Below, piece by piece: positions 23,787-37,613 of a stretch of 64,000 bases of DNA. Source of the stretch: Pelomyxa schiedti. Lineage: Eukaryota > Protista > Evosea. Both the position numbers and the translations under genes were made by a program. Within the stretch, counting starts at the first letter, position 1. Every line of letters begins with the position of its first letter. The notes beneath the pieces are model-generated. The model did no database searches and was not told where the DNA came from. It was given only the letters and a program-made list of their open reading frames with translations. Location of the stretch: NCBI GenBank assembly GCA_020536535.1, contig JAHLWZ010000505.1, positions 171,027 to 235,026 on the forward strand, in the 5' to 3' direction.

Positions 23787-26700
23787 TGGCATCAACGCAG
23801 AAGAAAGGAAAAAATCCTTCTCCACTTCTGATGGCGACGATTCGCCGTGACAAAGTCGTCGACCTTTGTGGCGAATGGAAAGTGTCTTTGGCCAGTGCAG
23901 CCTCGGCAACTACGACGACAACGGCGGCGAGTGTGCTCAGAGAGGACCGCCTGCCCTGCGTTGGGGTTGTGCCTGGGGACTTGTTCACGGACTTGATTAT
24001 GGGTGGGGCCCTGCCGTGCGACCCCGGGCAGGGACAGCAGGAGGAGCAACTGCTGGACCAGGTGTCGAACAGGGCGTGGCTGTATTGTCGAGATTTCACC
24101 ATTGTGGGTTGCTCCGTTCTATTCCCAGATTCTTGTTGATCCTTTCGAACGGGGGTGGAATTAGTATTATGTTTGTGAATGTTAATAGTTGTTGGAGAGC
24201 ATACATCTAACTCTTTGTCTTCTTTTTTTCTCCTGTGGCCTCTGGTTTAGAGTGCAGACGATATTGAAAGTGCAACCAAGATTTCGTTGGTTTGTGAAGG
24301 TCTTGACACTCTAGCTCAAGTAGAGATCAACGAAGTTGTGGTTGGGAAGTCATGCAATATGTTCACCCGTAAAGTATTCGATATTCCGAAGCACTTACTA
24401 CTCTCTGCACCTGCTGCAGTGAATGGGCACTTGGGATGTCACATCAGAATTACATTTTCCTCGTCCTCTGAATACTGCAACAATGCCGCTCGAGAGACTG
24501 AAAGCCAAGGCCGTGAGCTAGCTGCCTGGAACTACTGTCCTCACCTAAAATTAAGAGGCAGAATGCACCTCAGGAAGGCGGGATGTCACTTTGGATGGGT
24601 GTGCATCAGACTTTTTCTTTTTTTTTTTTGTAGCACATCGCCTTTACTCACTCCCACTAAAGGACTGGTAATTTCCCGCGTTCTATCTTGCTTTAACTGT
24701 CACCCAGGGGCCCTGCTTTCCCCACTTGTGGGATATACCGCCCAATATACTTGGTACTCCAATCTGGGCCACGGATAGAATATGTCCGAGCAATGCAGAT
24801 TGATTGTGCACCACCAATAATCACAGAACCGTTTTATTGTGAGATGCCAGTTTCTGTCCAGATATCATCACCTACAAAATTCCCCTCCATGGATTTATCG
24901 TATTTATCCCCTTTTCTATTATTCTTTTAACTTACTTTGGTACAGTGTTAGTGTTACATCCAAAGAATCAAACCACTCTATCTGCACTTGGCATGAGACA
25001 AAATCCATTCCATCACCTGGTTCCTGTTGCTTTGACCTTATATTACAAATGCATCTGTCTGCTGATGATATTTGGTGGCCCCGGGGGTATCAATCAATGA
25101 ACCCAAGTTGCTGAGTTCACACTTAACAGAATGGGAAAACAAACTTTACTGAAGCTTGAGGTTACATTGGTCCATGAAGGAACTTTGATCTCGCAAGTTT
25201 CCCAACATATAGGAGCCCGTCATATTCAGTTTCTTTTCAATCGAAACTCTGAAGCTCCCGGGGCCATAAACTTTGTTGTTAACGGAATTCCTCTATTTAT
25301 CAAAGTGTGAGCACCCAGAGGCGATACATATCAACATTATTTACAGGGAGCTGATTGGATTCCAATGGATTTATTTCCTGGAAGAATAACTAAAGAAAAA
25401 GAATTACTTGCCCTTAAAGCTGCTGCCCAAGTGAATATGAATATGGTTTACACCACCCCAATTACGTTGTATCTCTTAGTTTTCATCAGATAAGGGTTTG
25501 GGGGGGTGGAGTTTATGAGACAGATTCCTTCTACTCGCTATGTGACCAACTTGGGCTTCTAGTTTGGCAGGTTTCACTAAGCATGCTTTTAACGTTTCTG
25601 ACCTTCTAAGGATTTTATGTTCTCTTGTTCCTGTTATCCTGCATCTGATGATTTCTTGCAAAACGTTTCAGAAGGTTCCTTCTTTCAAAAATTACTTCAT
25701 TCCCATTTATTTCCTCTCTAGAAGTGCAGCATCAACTTTGCCGACTGTGTTCTCACCCTTGTATAGCCATTTGGTGAGATTTTTTTTTTCACCAATGATA
25801 TGAAGTTAAGTGTTGCAAGGTGTGGAAATAACGAATGCGAGGAAGGAATGCCCTTTGATATGGGCTGGAAGCTTTTTTATAAAACGGACTATGAGAGACT
25901 TTTCCGTGATACGGTATCGGTTCACTATGAATGCTAAGCAATGTAAACATCAAGTGGTCTACCTCAGATTTGGCCACTAGTACAAAGATACGACCCATCC
26001 AGGACTTACTGGCGTAGTTCACCGTGCAGAGGCACCCTTGATGGTCCTTTTGATGACAAGGGTAGAAATTTATCTTCGAGATTGATTTCTAAGATGGAAA
26101 AACCAAAAAGCTGGCTGTTTGGATGTTGGAGATAGTCATGTTTGGGCTGTGTGGCATGGAAGTATTGATTACTATAGATATCTCACACTTAAGCCGAGAT
26201 TTTGTAATGAATTTGGCTTTCAGTCTTTACCTTTCACAGTTTTTTTCCCAAAAGTGTCTTGCAACTGTAAGGCTCAGGTACATACAGATACTTGATGGAT
26301 GCGTCTCAACTTATGGCCTTGAAGCTGCAGAAGTTGTCCAACGACAGCGCTCTGCAAACGGAAACAAGAAAATGCGAAATGCCATTACATCGATGTTTGG
26401 CGTGATAAAGCCGGGATCTCCAAAGGTTTCTTGCCAAATAGTTACCCTAAATTTACCCCCCTTCAGAAAGTTTTTGAAATGGAAATCTTTCACACACAAC
26501 TGTACCAGGCTTTTGCTATGAAAACAGCCGTGGAACACATGAGAAGATTGACAGGTTATTGCACCGGCATTCTCTACTGGCAGCTCAATGATGTGCATAG
26601 TCCACCTTTTTGTTGCAGGTTTCACTCTTATATTATCTGCAGATATGGGTAGGCCCTTCATGGTCTTCCTTAGAGTATGACTGCCGGTTTAAAGTTTCCC

Positions 26701-27569
26701 ACTACTGGGCACAGAACTTTTATGCACCTATTTTGGTATTCCCTTGAAAAAAAAAAAAAAACATTACCTTGTAACCTCCCTTTTTCTTTCCAGACATCAT
26801 GCACTTATAGGGACAATATTGTGGATTTCTGGCTCTCTTATGATGGCAACAATCAACTTAGCGGAACATTTGAAGCTAGTGTGGTTCAAACTAAGGACTG
26901 CTCAAGGTTCCTGTCTCTTTCACGACCCGCCGTTGTCAATCCCATGTCAAGCTCCTCGATTCTCCAGCTTACCCTAGTGTGTACTTTTTGAACCCTTCTT
27001 CATTCTCAATTGAACCACTCTCCTCCCCTCACTTATGCCATTCTTCGGCATTCTCACTCTCTGGCCCTCTTTCTTACCCGACCCGTCACAAACAGCCACC
27101 CCTGCCGGAGGATTCCGTGATAGTGTTTTCGTTCCGCGTTGACAGTCCCAAGTCCACAACTGCCGTCCCCCATTTTTACCCTTCAAGTGGCGCAACGTGG
27201 TCCAGCAACATCCTATTCCTGAAATCACTCAAGGACTACCAGCTTTCTGACCCCAAACTCTCCCCTGTGGTATGTGCTTGATTTGAATATTACATAGACT
27301 CACACACATCACATATTCTGCCCATGGGCAAAAACATAACATTCAAAACACAGGTCAATGCTGAGACCCACACCGTGCATCTTGAGACTGCAACATTTAC
27401 TCCTTTTGTGTGGCTGTGTGTGCCTGGTGTCACTGTGCCATTCACTGCCAATGGGTTCACGCTTGTACCTCCACATTCTGGAGTGGCGTCTGTTGACATT
27501 GGCCTCACGGAACCTCAGGATTGTCTGTCTGGCCTGTCCTTGCTTACATTGTTTGATACAGTACCTTAA
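23786..27569 (+). CDS. MANBA: Beta-mannosidase, glycoside hydrolase family 2
   Basis: Motifs [62 protein letters not shown] (acid/base Glu), EFGFQS (nucleophile) and YWQLND. The start is 23786 or the next Met at 23831. Confidence 0.92.
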
Positions 27570-27604
27570 GTGGGAAAAAGAGAAACTACGTCATAGGGGA
27601 TGTG

Positions 27605-29022
27605 TTACTTTCTATAAATTGCACGCAGGCCCCATTCCCCTGCCCCTCCTCTGTCTTTCCACAGGGTGACGGTTCCGTCAATGTGTGAGGCTAACAGCAT
27701 GTCACCGCTGTCATTCCACTCCAACCCAGTTACCTTTTCCAGGTTATCAAATTACAAAGTTGGAGCATACTTCAGTCAGTTCGGCCTCAGTGCTCAGTGG
27801 TTCTGATTCAGCCGTATAGTTCTTTTCTGTTGTTACGGTAAGATTCCAAAGTGTGACTGCCGCCTCTCCTCTTGATGCCACTGCAACAATATGATGGTGT
27901 CTGGTAAAAGGGATATTGAGAATATGGATTTTTAAAGTAGTCATTACCTGACAATAAATGGGGACCAGGCAACATCGTTAGTGCCGTCTGGTCCTGACTC
28001 TAATTCAAGAGCAATGTGCCATCTCAAATCTTCTGGTTTGTAGGTGACAACCTAAATACTGATTGGGGAATGACACCTTTAACCAATAAACAACCTTGAC
28101 AATGCCGGATGAAGTACCAAGAAATAGTGTTGGAGGATCTGTTTCACACGGATTCCATGATAAACTTGTACAAGCTGCACCACGTATAACTTCAAATTCA
28201 TCCTTAATGGGTCAACACAGGAAAGTTATCACGAGATTATATACAGTCAATTCCCACTCTAATTCCTGATGTTCCCGCAGTTTGAATTTTCTAATTTCGG
28301 GAGCACGGTAAATTCTCAGATACCCATCAGCAGAACATGTAGCCTGAGAACTGTGAGTCATGCACGAGGTGCGTTGTACTCACTAATTGCAACCCGAGGT
28401 GTGGAGGAGCAAATTTGATGTCAGTGACTGCATCCGTAGCATCATCAAATACTATATTGTCCCATCTCGTTTTCCCTGTTGATTCATCATGCGACTCTTC
28501 CCAAACCACAGCGCAGTTAGAGCCACATGTTGCCAATAGATCTCCAAAAACAGGGTGCCCCCATCGTGCTGATAACATGTAAGTGTGTGGAAAGCAACTT
28601 GAGAAGAGTAGAATTAAAGTTGGGAAAGAGAAGAGAGAAGAGACGTGGGGGATAACCACGTCGTTTAACTGACCCTTCCATGCACCATGTTCATCCTAAC
28701 AAGAAGAAAAGTGAAATAAGGAAAAAAAAAAAGGCACGAGCATGTTATCAACAAAGTGTGGTATGACGCACCTTCCAAGATGACTGCAAAAGCCAGTCTA
28801 CATCACCCCCCGATGCACTTTCTGTCCTCTTCCATACATTGATTACGCTAGATCCTGACACAGTCACCACCCTATCGCTCCCCAGGGCCTTGCACACATC
28901 CTGCGTTGTTGCGTTTTTTTATTGGTTTTTAGCAAAAGGCTCTTGTGGCAGTTTGACATATTGGAAGGCAGGGAACTAACGACAATGTTGTCGCCCGTGT
29001 TGAGCACACATGTCGGGTCCAT
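27605..29022 (-). CDS. SEH1: SEH1-like WD40 nucleoporin / GATOR2 subunit
   Basis: Motifs WGHPVFGDLLATC, VVWEE, VTDIKFAPPHLGLQL and the final exon EWNDSGDMLLASHIDGTVTLWK...W. Confidence 0.82.
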
Positions 29023-29149
29023 TTGGAACGAAAAAGAAAGGATAGAATAGAACAAGAAGGACTTTAGACTGATTAGGAGAAGGAAATTCTTATTCCTGCG
29101 CGAAATCGTTTGTACGAGAAACAGTACCTAGTAGTACAGCTTGGAGTCA

Positions 29150-30941
29150 TTATGAAGAGGAGCCTCTAGGTGAGGATGGGGGTGTTACTCTCCTAAACCT
29201 ATTTACGGCTTTTGTGGCGTTGATGGCCATCTATGAAATTCATTTAAAATGAAGTGCCGACGTGGGAGAATGATAGTCGCAAACCTTCCAGCGCCGAGCT
29301 GCATTAAATTTACGAAGTTCCACAAGAGTTCTCTCCAAGTTAAGATCCGGGTTGGGTTCCTGTGATGCAATATGAGCGAAAAAAACGAGATACTACAAAT
29401 GACACACAGTCATCCAGGGATGGTTCATAATTTGGGTTATTGTATATCTACTGGAAGGATCGAGTACAAGTATTTTGGAGAGTAAGTCTTTAGATTCCTA
29501 TCTTGAGTGAGTACGTCGACCGAGTACGGCTCGTGTTTGCAGTACTTACAGGGCTGAGGTATGGAAAGTCCAAAGAATACTTTCCAGATAGTGTCATATC
29601 ATAGGACTTGCTGAGATCATCATGATAGAAAGGAGTGGAGCCAGTTAATCTCAATTTATTTTAGAATTAGAGGGCGTTTTTATTTTGGCGATTGTTTTGT
29701 GCACTGCAAATCTGTGTACATACAGAATATACATGATAACTGTTGGATGGAGTGAATTTTAAATTACAAATAAAGAGAGAATACCGCCAGCTGACCAGAC
29801 ATCAACAGCTGCACCGTATGCTGTACCAGGGGTATCCAGGAGCTCGAGAATTTCCGGAGCTGAAAAGCTTCATTATCTTTGTTTGTTTCGAAAGATTTTT
29901 TTTACATAATATTCAACAAACCAATGTAGCCTGGCGTTCCAACAGGGTGGGACATCTTCTTGACATCATAGATTCGGCACGCAAGGCCCTACAGTATTTA
30001 AAAATAGCCTGATGAAAGGATCATGATACAAAATCCACAAGCTTCAATTTTGGAGTTTCAGATTTATCTGATAAAAGCAAATTTTCAGGCTAAATGAAGT
30101 TGGGCTCAAATATAAAACCAGTTGATGTGGATACCTTGAGATCTCTGTGGCAGATTCCACTTTCATGGAGGTGCTAGTATTGTGTTTAACTTGGTAACGA
30201 GAAGTAATTTTCCACCTGCAAAGCAGTCACTAACTGATACATAACAGTCTTGGCATCGTGCTCAGAAAACCGTGTTCTCCCAACGATTTGGTCAAATAAC
30301 TCCCCTTTTAAGTGAGGTATGAGTCTCGATGTTGGATTGAATCCTTTCATTGTACCTCCAAATACTCTAAGGGTCAATTGTTAATACACAAATTAAGAAA
30401 CGAAGGCTAGTACAGTTCTTGAACTATGTAATAGTTTTCAGGAGAATCAAACACTTCTTTCAGAAGAACCACTGCACTGGGTTAAAAGAAAACAATGAGT
30501 TAGGAATATAATGCATGCCATTTGGGTGGCACAAAGTAGACCAGCACTTGAGCTCGTTTAACAGTGATTCAAACTTCTCACTGGAAGATAGGTGTTTGTC
30601 AGCTGATTTGTTTATTATTTTGACTGCCCAATGATCACCCGTTGCACGCTCTCCCGCCAACTTCACAACTGAGTATGTGCCTCTGTGTGGAAATTAGCAA
30701 AATAAAAAAAAAAAAAAAAAAAATGAGGGTCGTAGTGCCAATGATCGATTTTGTTTACACTTGGATTGTTAAGGTTATTTCTCTGCACTACTAGTTGGGA
30801 GGATTGTTTTTGTCACCTGCCCAGCACATCAGCAAAATCATAGTAGTCGTTTATGTTCCCAGGATTGAACTTTGGTGCGGCGGTTATGTCAGTTGGTGAC
30901 AGTTGCAGTTGAACCGTAGCTACGGCCGACGTTGTTGACAT
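29150..30941 (-). CDS. Ca2+/calmodulin-dependent protein kinase (CaMK1-like)
   Basis: Motifs LGRGTYSVV, WAVKII, GGELFDQI, HRDLKPEN, DFG, GTPGYIAPE, and a C-terminal autoinhibitory/CaM-binding LRKFNAARRWK. Confidence 0.9.
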
Positions 30942-31193
30942 TTCATCCACCAAACCACCGCAATCGCGCCAAGGAGGAAAAGAAAAAAATATAAAAACCC
31001 GTTCAAACGACGTGCAGATTTTTCGCCGGCGTCTTTTTTTGGCTCGTGGGACTTGTTGGGACTGTAAACAAGTACCAGCCACACAACCAGGAGAAGAAAC
31101 ATCCCCATCAAAGAACACTTGTTAAGTTTGTATAGTCAGTGTGTTGGTGATTAGTGAGGATTGGGAATGGGGATTATTCTGGGGGTGGGTTCA

Positions 31194-33486
<2,293 letters not shown>

Positions 33487-33647
33487 CGTGTGTTTGTTGA
33501 TGTTTTTTTTTTTTTTGTTCTTGTGCGTTACGATCGGGTTAAACGGCGTTACTAAAAGGCGGGAGATCAACGAGAAAATGCGATGAAAGGGCGTTGGTCC
33601 CTCTCTGATTTGGGCAGGTATTGTTGACAGTAATTATGAGGGGAGAA

Positions 33648-34632
33648 TTAGAAGCCGGAATCGCAAACGGTTTCCATGACACTCAGTATTCTCATCATGT
33701 CGTTGTTGGCAGCCCTGAGGTGCTTGGATGCTTCCTGTTGCATTTAATGGTGAGAACCCGGATCCAGCATAAAGGGAGGGGAGTGTGTAGTGTGTATTAC
33801 TTGGGTGGAGGCCAATGAAGAGCATAGCTGAGTGAAGGTACGGGACAGCTCCTTCACTGTTGTTTGATGAACTTGGAGCCATTTACTTGCAAGTATTCGT
33901 CTTGCGTCTTCATTTCTCGTACCTGTTTGCAGGAATGTTTGGCATTCATAAGATAACTAAGATGTAGGTTACGCAGTCTTTTTTCAGGCTCTCTATCCAG
34001 AAGCACCCATAAAAATGGACACGGTGAGGGAAGTGGGACAAAAATAAAATGCACTTACGATAAGCTGCTAATAGGTACAGATGGAACTTGCGCTACCTGG
34101 GGTTGTGCTGGTTCCGCCTAGTGAAGTAAGACAAAGAGGCAGGAAATGCGATTCTACAGATTCGCATTCGTGAAGGAAACAGCAGTGCTAACCTTAATAT
34201 TAGAACTGTGAGAGCTGTGAGAACTTTGGGAACTGTGATCATCACTGTCACTCTCAGGGTCTTCCCCTTGTAAAACAGTGCTCCCAGTAGCGTTCGTTTG
34301 CACGGAAGCACTCTCACCTCCAGCCTCCGTGACACCTTCTTCCTCACATTCTTCTCCTTCAACAACGGTGGCCGCGGTCGCAGCTTTAATAACACATTAA
34401 GACAGAGTGTGATTGGATTAAACTAATAAATGCAAATAACTGGTACCAGGGTTAGCAGCAGGCTCCTCTTCTTCTCCTTGAATTACAAATGTGCCACTGG
34501 GGTCACCTGACGTGGGAATAAACACAGAGAAAGAAATAACTACAAAGCAAACATTAACACCATACCTGTAGAAGCAGGTTGCGAAACCACTGGCTCTTCC
34601 TCCTCCACCTCGCCCTCTAAAACCGCAGACAT
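33648..34632 (-). CDS. Acidic protein resembling BLOC-1 subunit 3 (BLOS3)
   Basis: Repeated V-x-x-G-E-acidic motifs (VLEGEVEEEE, VIQGEEEE, VVEGEECEEE, VLQGEDPESDSD) precede a short helical C-terminus ending AANNDMMRILSVMETVCDSGF*. Confidence 0.45.
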
Positions 34633-34860
34633 TATTCCTTTAAAGTTGATCAAGATCTTGCATGGACGGCGCCTGCTCCTGCAGCATGGAAGGACTTTGC
34701 TGAAAAAGTGGTGCAATTAACCAAGCATTATTCAGGTGTCAAGCTGTCAATGTGTCAAACCTGCCAATGCGCCAAATCGAAAGTCTCGCGTTCGAGAAGC
34801 CCGGCATTTCAATAAAATACAAATCTCGTAGACTACGCTTTTTGCCATCGCCGAGCGTGG

Positions 34861-37374
34861 ATGGCGAATGTCACGTTTCGGGTGCGTGGTGCCGCAAAGG
34901 AGATCGAATCTGTCCTGGTCATTGGATCTTGTGATTGTCTAGGTTATCTTCGTGTTTGGCGTTGTTGTGGGTTTGTTTTTTTTTACGTCGCCGCACAGGC
35001 CTATGGCGACTGGAAGCGGCACCGAAATGCACGCACGACGAAGTGCCTGATGCGGACGGCTGTTTTACGTGGACTACGAATGTCTCGATGGAACAGGGCA
35101 TAAATTTCTCCTACAAATATGTAAAGTTTCGATGTTACGTATCTCGCATAAGAATCCCTTCATTTTCTTACTGAATTGTTTAACATTGAAGCTTGTTGCA
35201 ACACCTAGTGGGCTTGAGTGCGACAAGTGGCCTCGTTTGGGCATCCTATCGAGCACCAACACACTCATTGACGATGGTTTGCTTGCTTTACGCAGGTCTT
35301 CAACGAAAGCTATGGTGCATCACCGCATGACAGATTGGAAATGCCTCAGTTCAGGAACACTGGTAGCCAACTAAATTAATCTCACCAGGAGAACTCACTC
35401 AAAAAGCTTCGCCTTCAATTTGGAGAGGTAAACTCTCCCTTGAGGAAATCCACTGTGAGTCTTTTATCTAGTGATGGTTCTGGAGAAACTTCTAGCCCAT
35501 ACTCTATATGCATATCACCAGCCAAAGCTAACACTACTGTAAGTTTCCAAAACTGGTGGCACTAGCTTATTACAAATTATAAGCTTACAACATCATGGAC
35601 TGTAGCAGGGACAGCATTACTGACCTTTGAGACCAAAAATTTTTCATTCAATATCGACTTCAAGCAGCCAACTGGGTATGTAAACGGCAATGAAAACAAA
35701 AAAATGGTGACAGTAAAAAAAAAAAAAAAGTGAACTCATTGGCCGTACAGCAGTCTCCCCAGGGGCTATGGCAAAATTTGGCACGTTTATAAGTGCTATA
35801 CTGTCCCCTTCCCTCGAGCATATTGGGGTTCCAATGAGATCCATTCTCTCACGCCTTTAATTTAATTATAGGAACTTCATATACCCTACTTGTTCGTCAC
35901 ACCTTTTCAAAGCATCCCTTCTGCGCTGTCTCAAGTACCTTTAAATGTGCCATCATTATCACAGTCCTTTGTACCACCGAAACTTTCACACACTCCACAA
36001 AACCCAAGAGAGAGATTCTTTAGACCTACCTTACCAACACTGATTGGCCACAGGCATACCTTATTACTATGGGCTACATCTCATTTAAGGCAGGGGGAGT
36101 GGAGAATCGGTGCACAATTTCATTAAGGCTAATGGCTTAGTAGAGAACACTCTACTAAGTTTTCATGAAGCCTCCTTAATGGGGGCCCACTTCGTGGAAT
36201 TTGATGTGCAGGTATTTTACCTTTGGTTTCTATTGTTAATAGCCGGGACAGTTAACAAGTGACGGCATTCCAGTAGTAGTACATGATGAAGAAATTCTAG
36301 TGCCAGTTGGCAATTCTCACCCCTCACATTCTACAGCACCGCATTACATACAAACTCCTGTTTCCAAACTTTCATATTCCCATTTCAGGTTACCAATACT
36401 CATTTATCTCCCTGTATCAACATTTGCATAGTAAGCTGGTCCCCAGAATGAAAACACTTCCATCCGACACTGCACCTCCCACTCCCATACACAAATCCAA
36501 GTCACACAGTTGGCACTCCCTTCTTTCCACAGCTACTACTCAACTAAGCACCGCGTCGTCTGTAAAACCCAAATCCACAACTGCGATTACACAGCTAAAT
36601 TATGATATACCACCAGCCATTGTACCACCACATCTTTTTTGGTCACACTCAAATACTTTTCCTTCACTTCGTGAGGTTAAACGGTTTATTTATTTAAAAA
36701 TACTCTCTAATTCACACTAGTTATTTGAATTCGTTCCAAGACATGTGGGGTTTGATTTAGAAATCAAGTACCCCTGCACTCCCCAGTATGAGAAGTTTAT
36801 AGCACCACTTGACCGTAATACCTATGTTGATCACATATTAACGGTACTGCCACATCACTCTTCCTTACTAATATTTTGCCAGGTGATGTTAGAATCCGCA
36901 CATGGAAGACCCGTTTTTATTTCATCTTTTGATCCTGATGTGTGCCTTTTATGCGCATCTAAGCAAACAGCTTTCCCTGTTTTCTTCCTTACCGAAGGGG
37001 GGGAGGGAACATACGAAGACGGGAGAATGAATTCACTGGAGGCTGCCTTGAAATTATGTATTGAAGGTAGAGTCGAGTAGCGTCACATAAATCTCAACTC
37101 TGTGCCAGGAAACCTTGAAGGCATTGTTTCCGATGCCCAGGCACTGCTCAAGAACCCTACCTTTATTCAACAAGCCCACGCCTGCAACGTTTGTGTCTGC
37201 TCTTACGGCTCGGACAAGTGTGCTTCCTATACAAACCAAAAAGGAACGCCTAACATTTCCCACAGCACTGTACCAGACCAAGTTCGCGCCCAACTTGCCT
37301 CCGGCCTCGATGGGATTTGTACCGATTCCATACTGAAGATAGGTCGTTCTCTTGCACTTCCTGGCTTTGTGTAG
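34861..37374 (+). CDS. GPCPD1: Glycerophosphocholine phosphodiesterase (CBM20 + GDPD), GPCPD1/GDE5-like
   Basis: The N-terminus is CBM20-like (VTFRV...VIGSCDCLG.W...SYKY). GDPD motifs are IGHRG, ENTLLSF, VEFDVQLTSDGIPVVVHD, EIKYP, SSFDPD and GLDGICTD. Confidence 0.9.
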
Positions 37375-37613
37375 TTCCCAAATCACGGTGAGTGTGCCTC
37401 TCTTCAGAAAAGCTATGTCGCCCTTTCTCCTTTGTTTTTTGTGTACATTCACCCAACGCAACTGAGGAAGAAAGGAAAAAACTTAACAAAGAAGGAAGTT
37501 TTTTTCTTCTTTTCTTTAATTTTCGCAGTAACATCAAATTAGTGCGAACAAAAATAAAACACCCACACAGAGAAAGGGAAAAAAAAAAATAACCGGTTAA
37601 TATTCAACAACCA

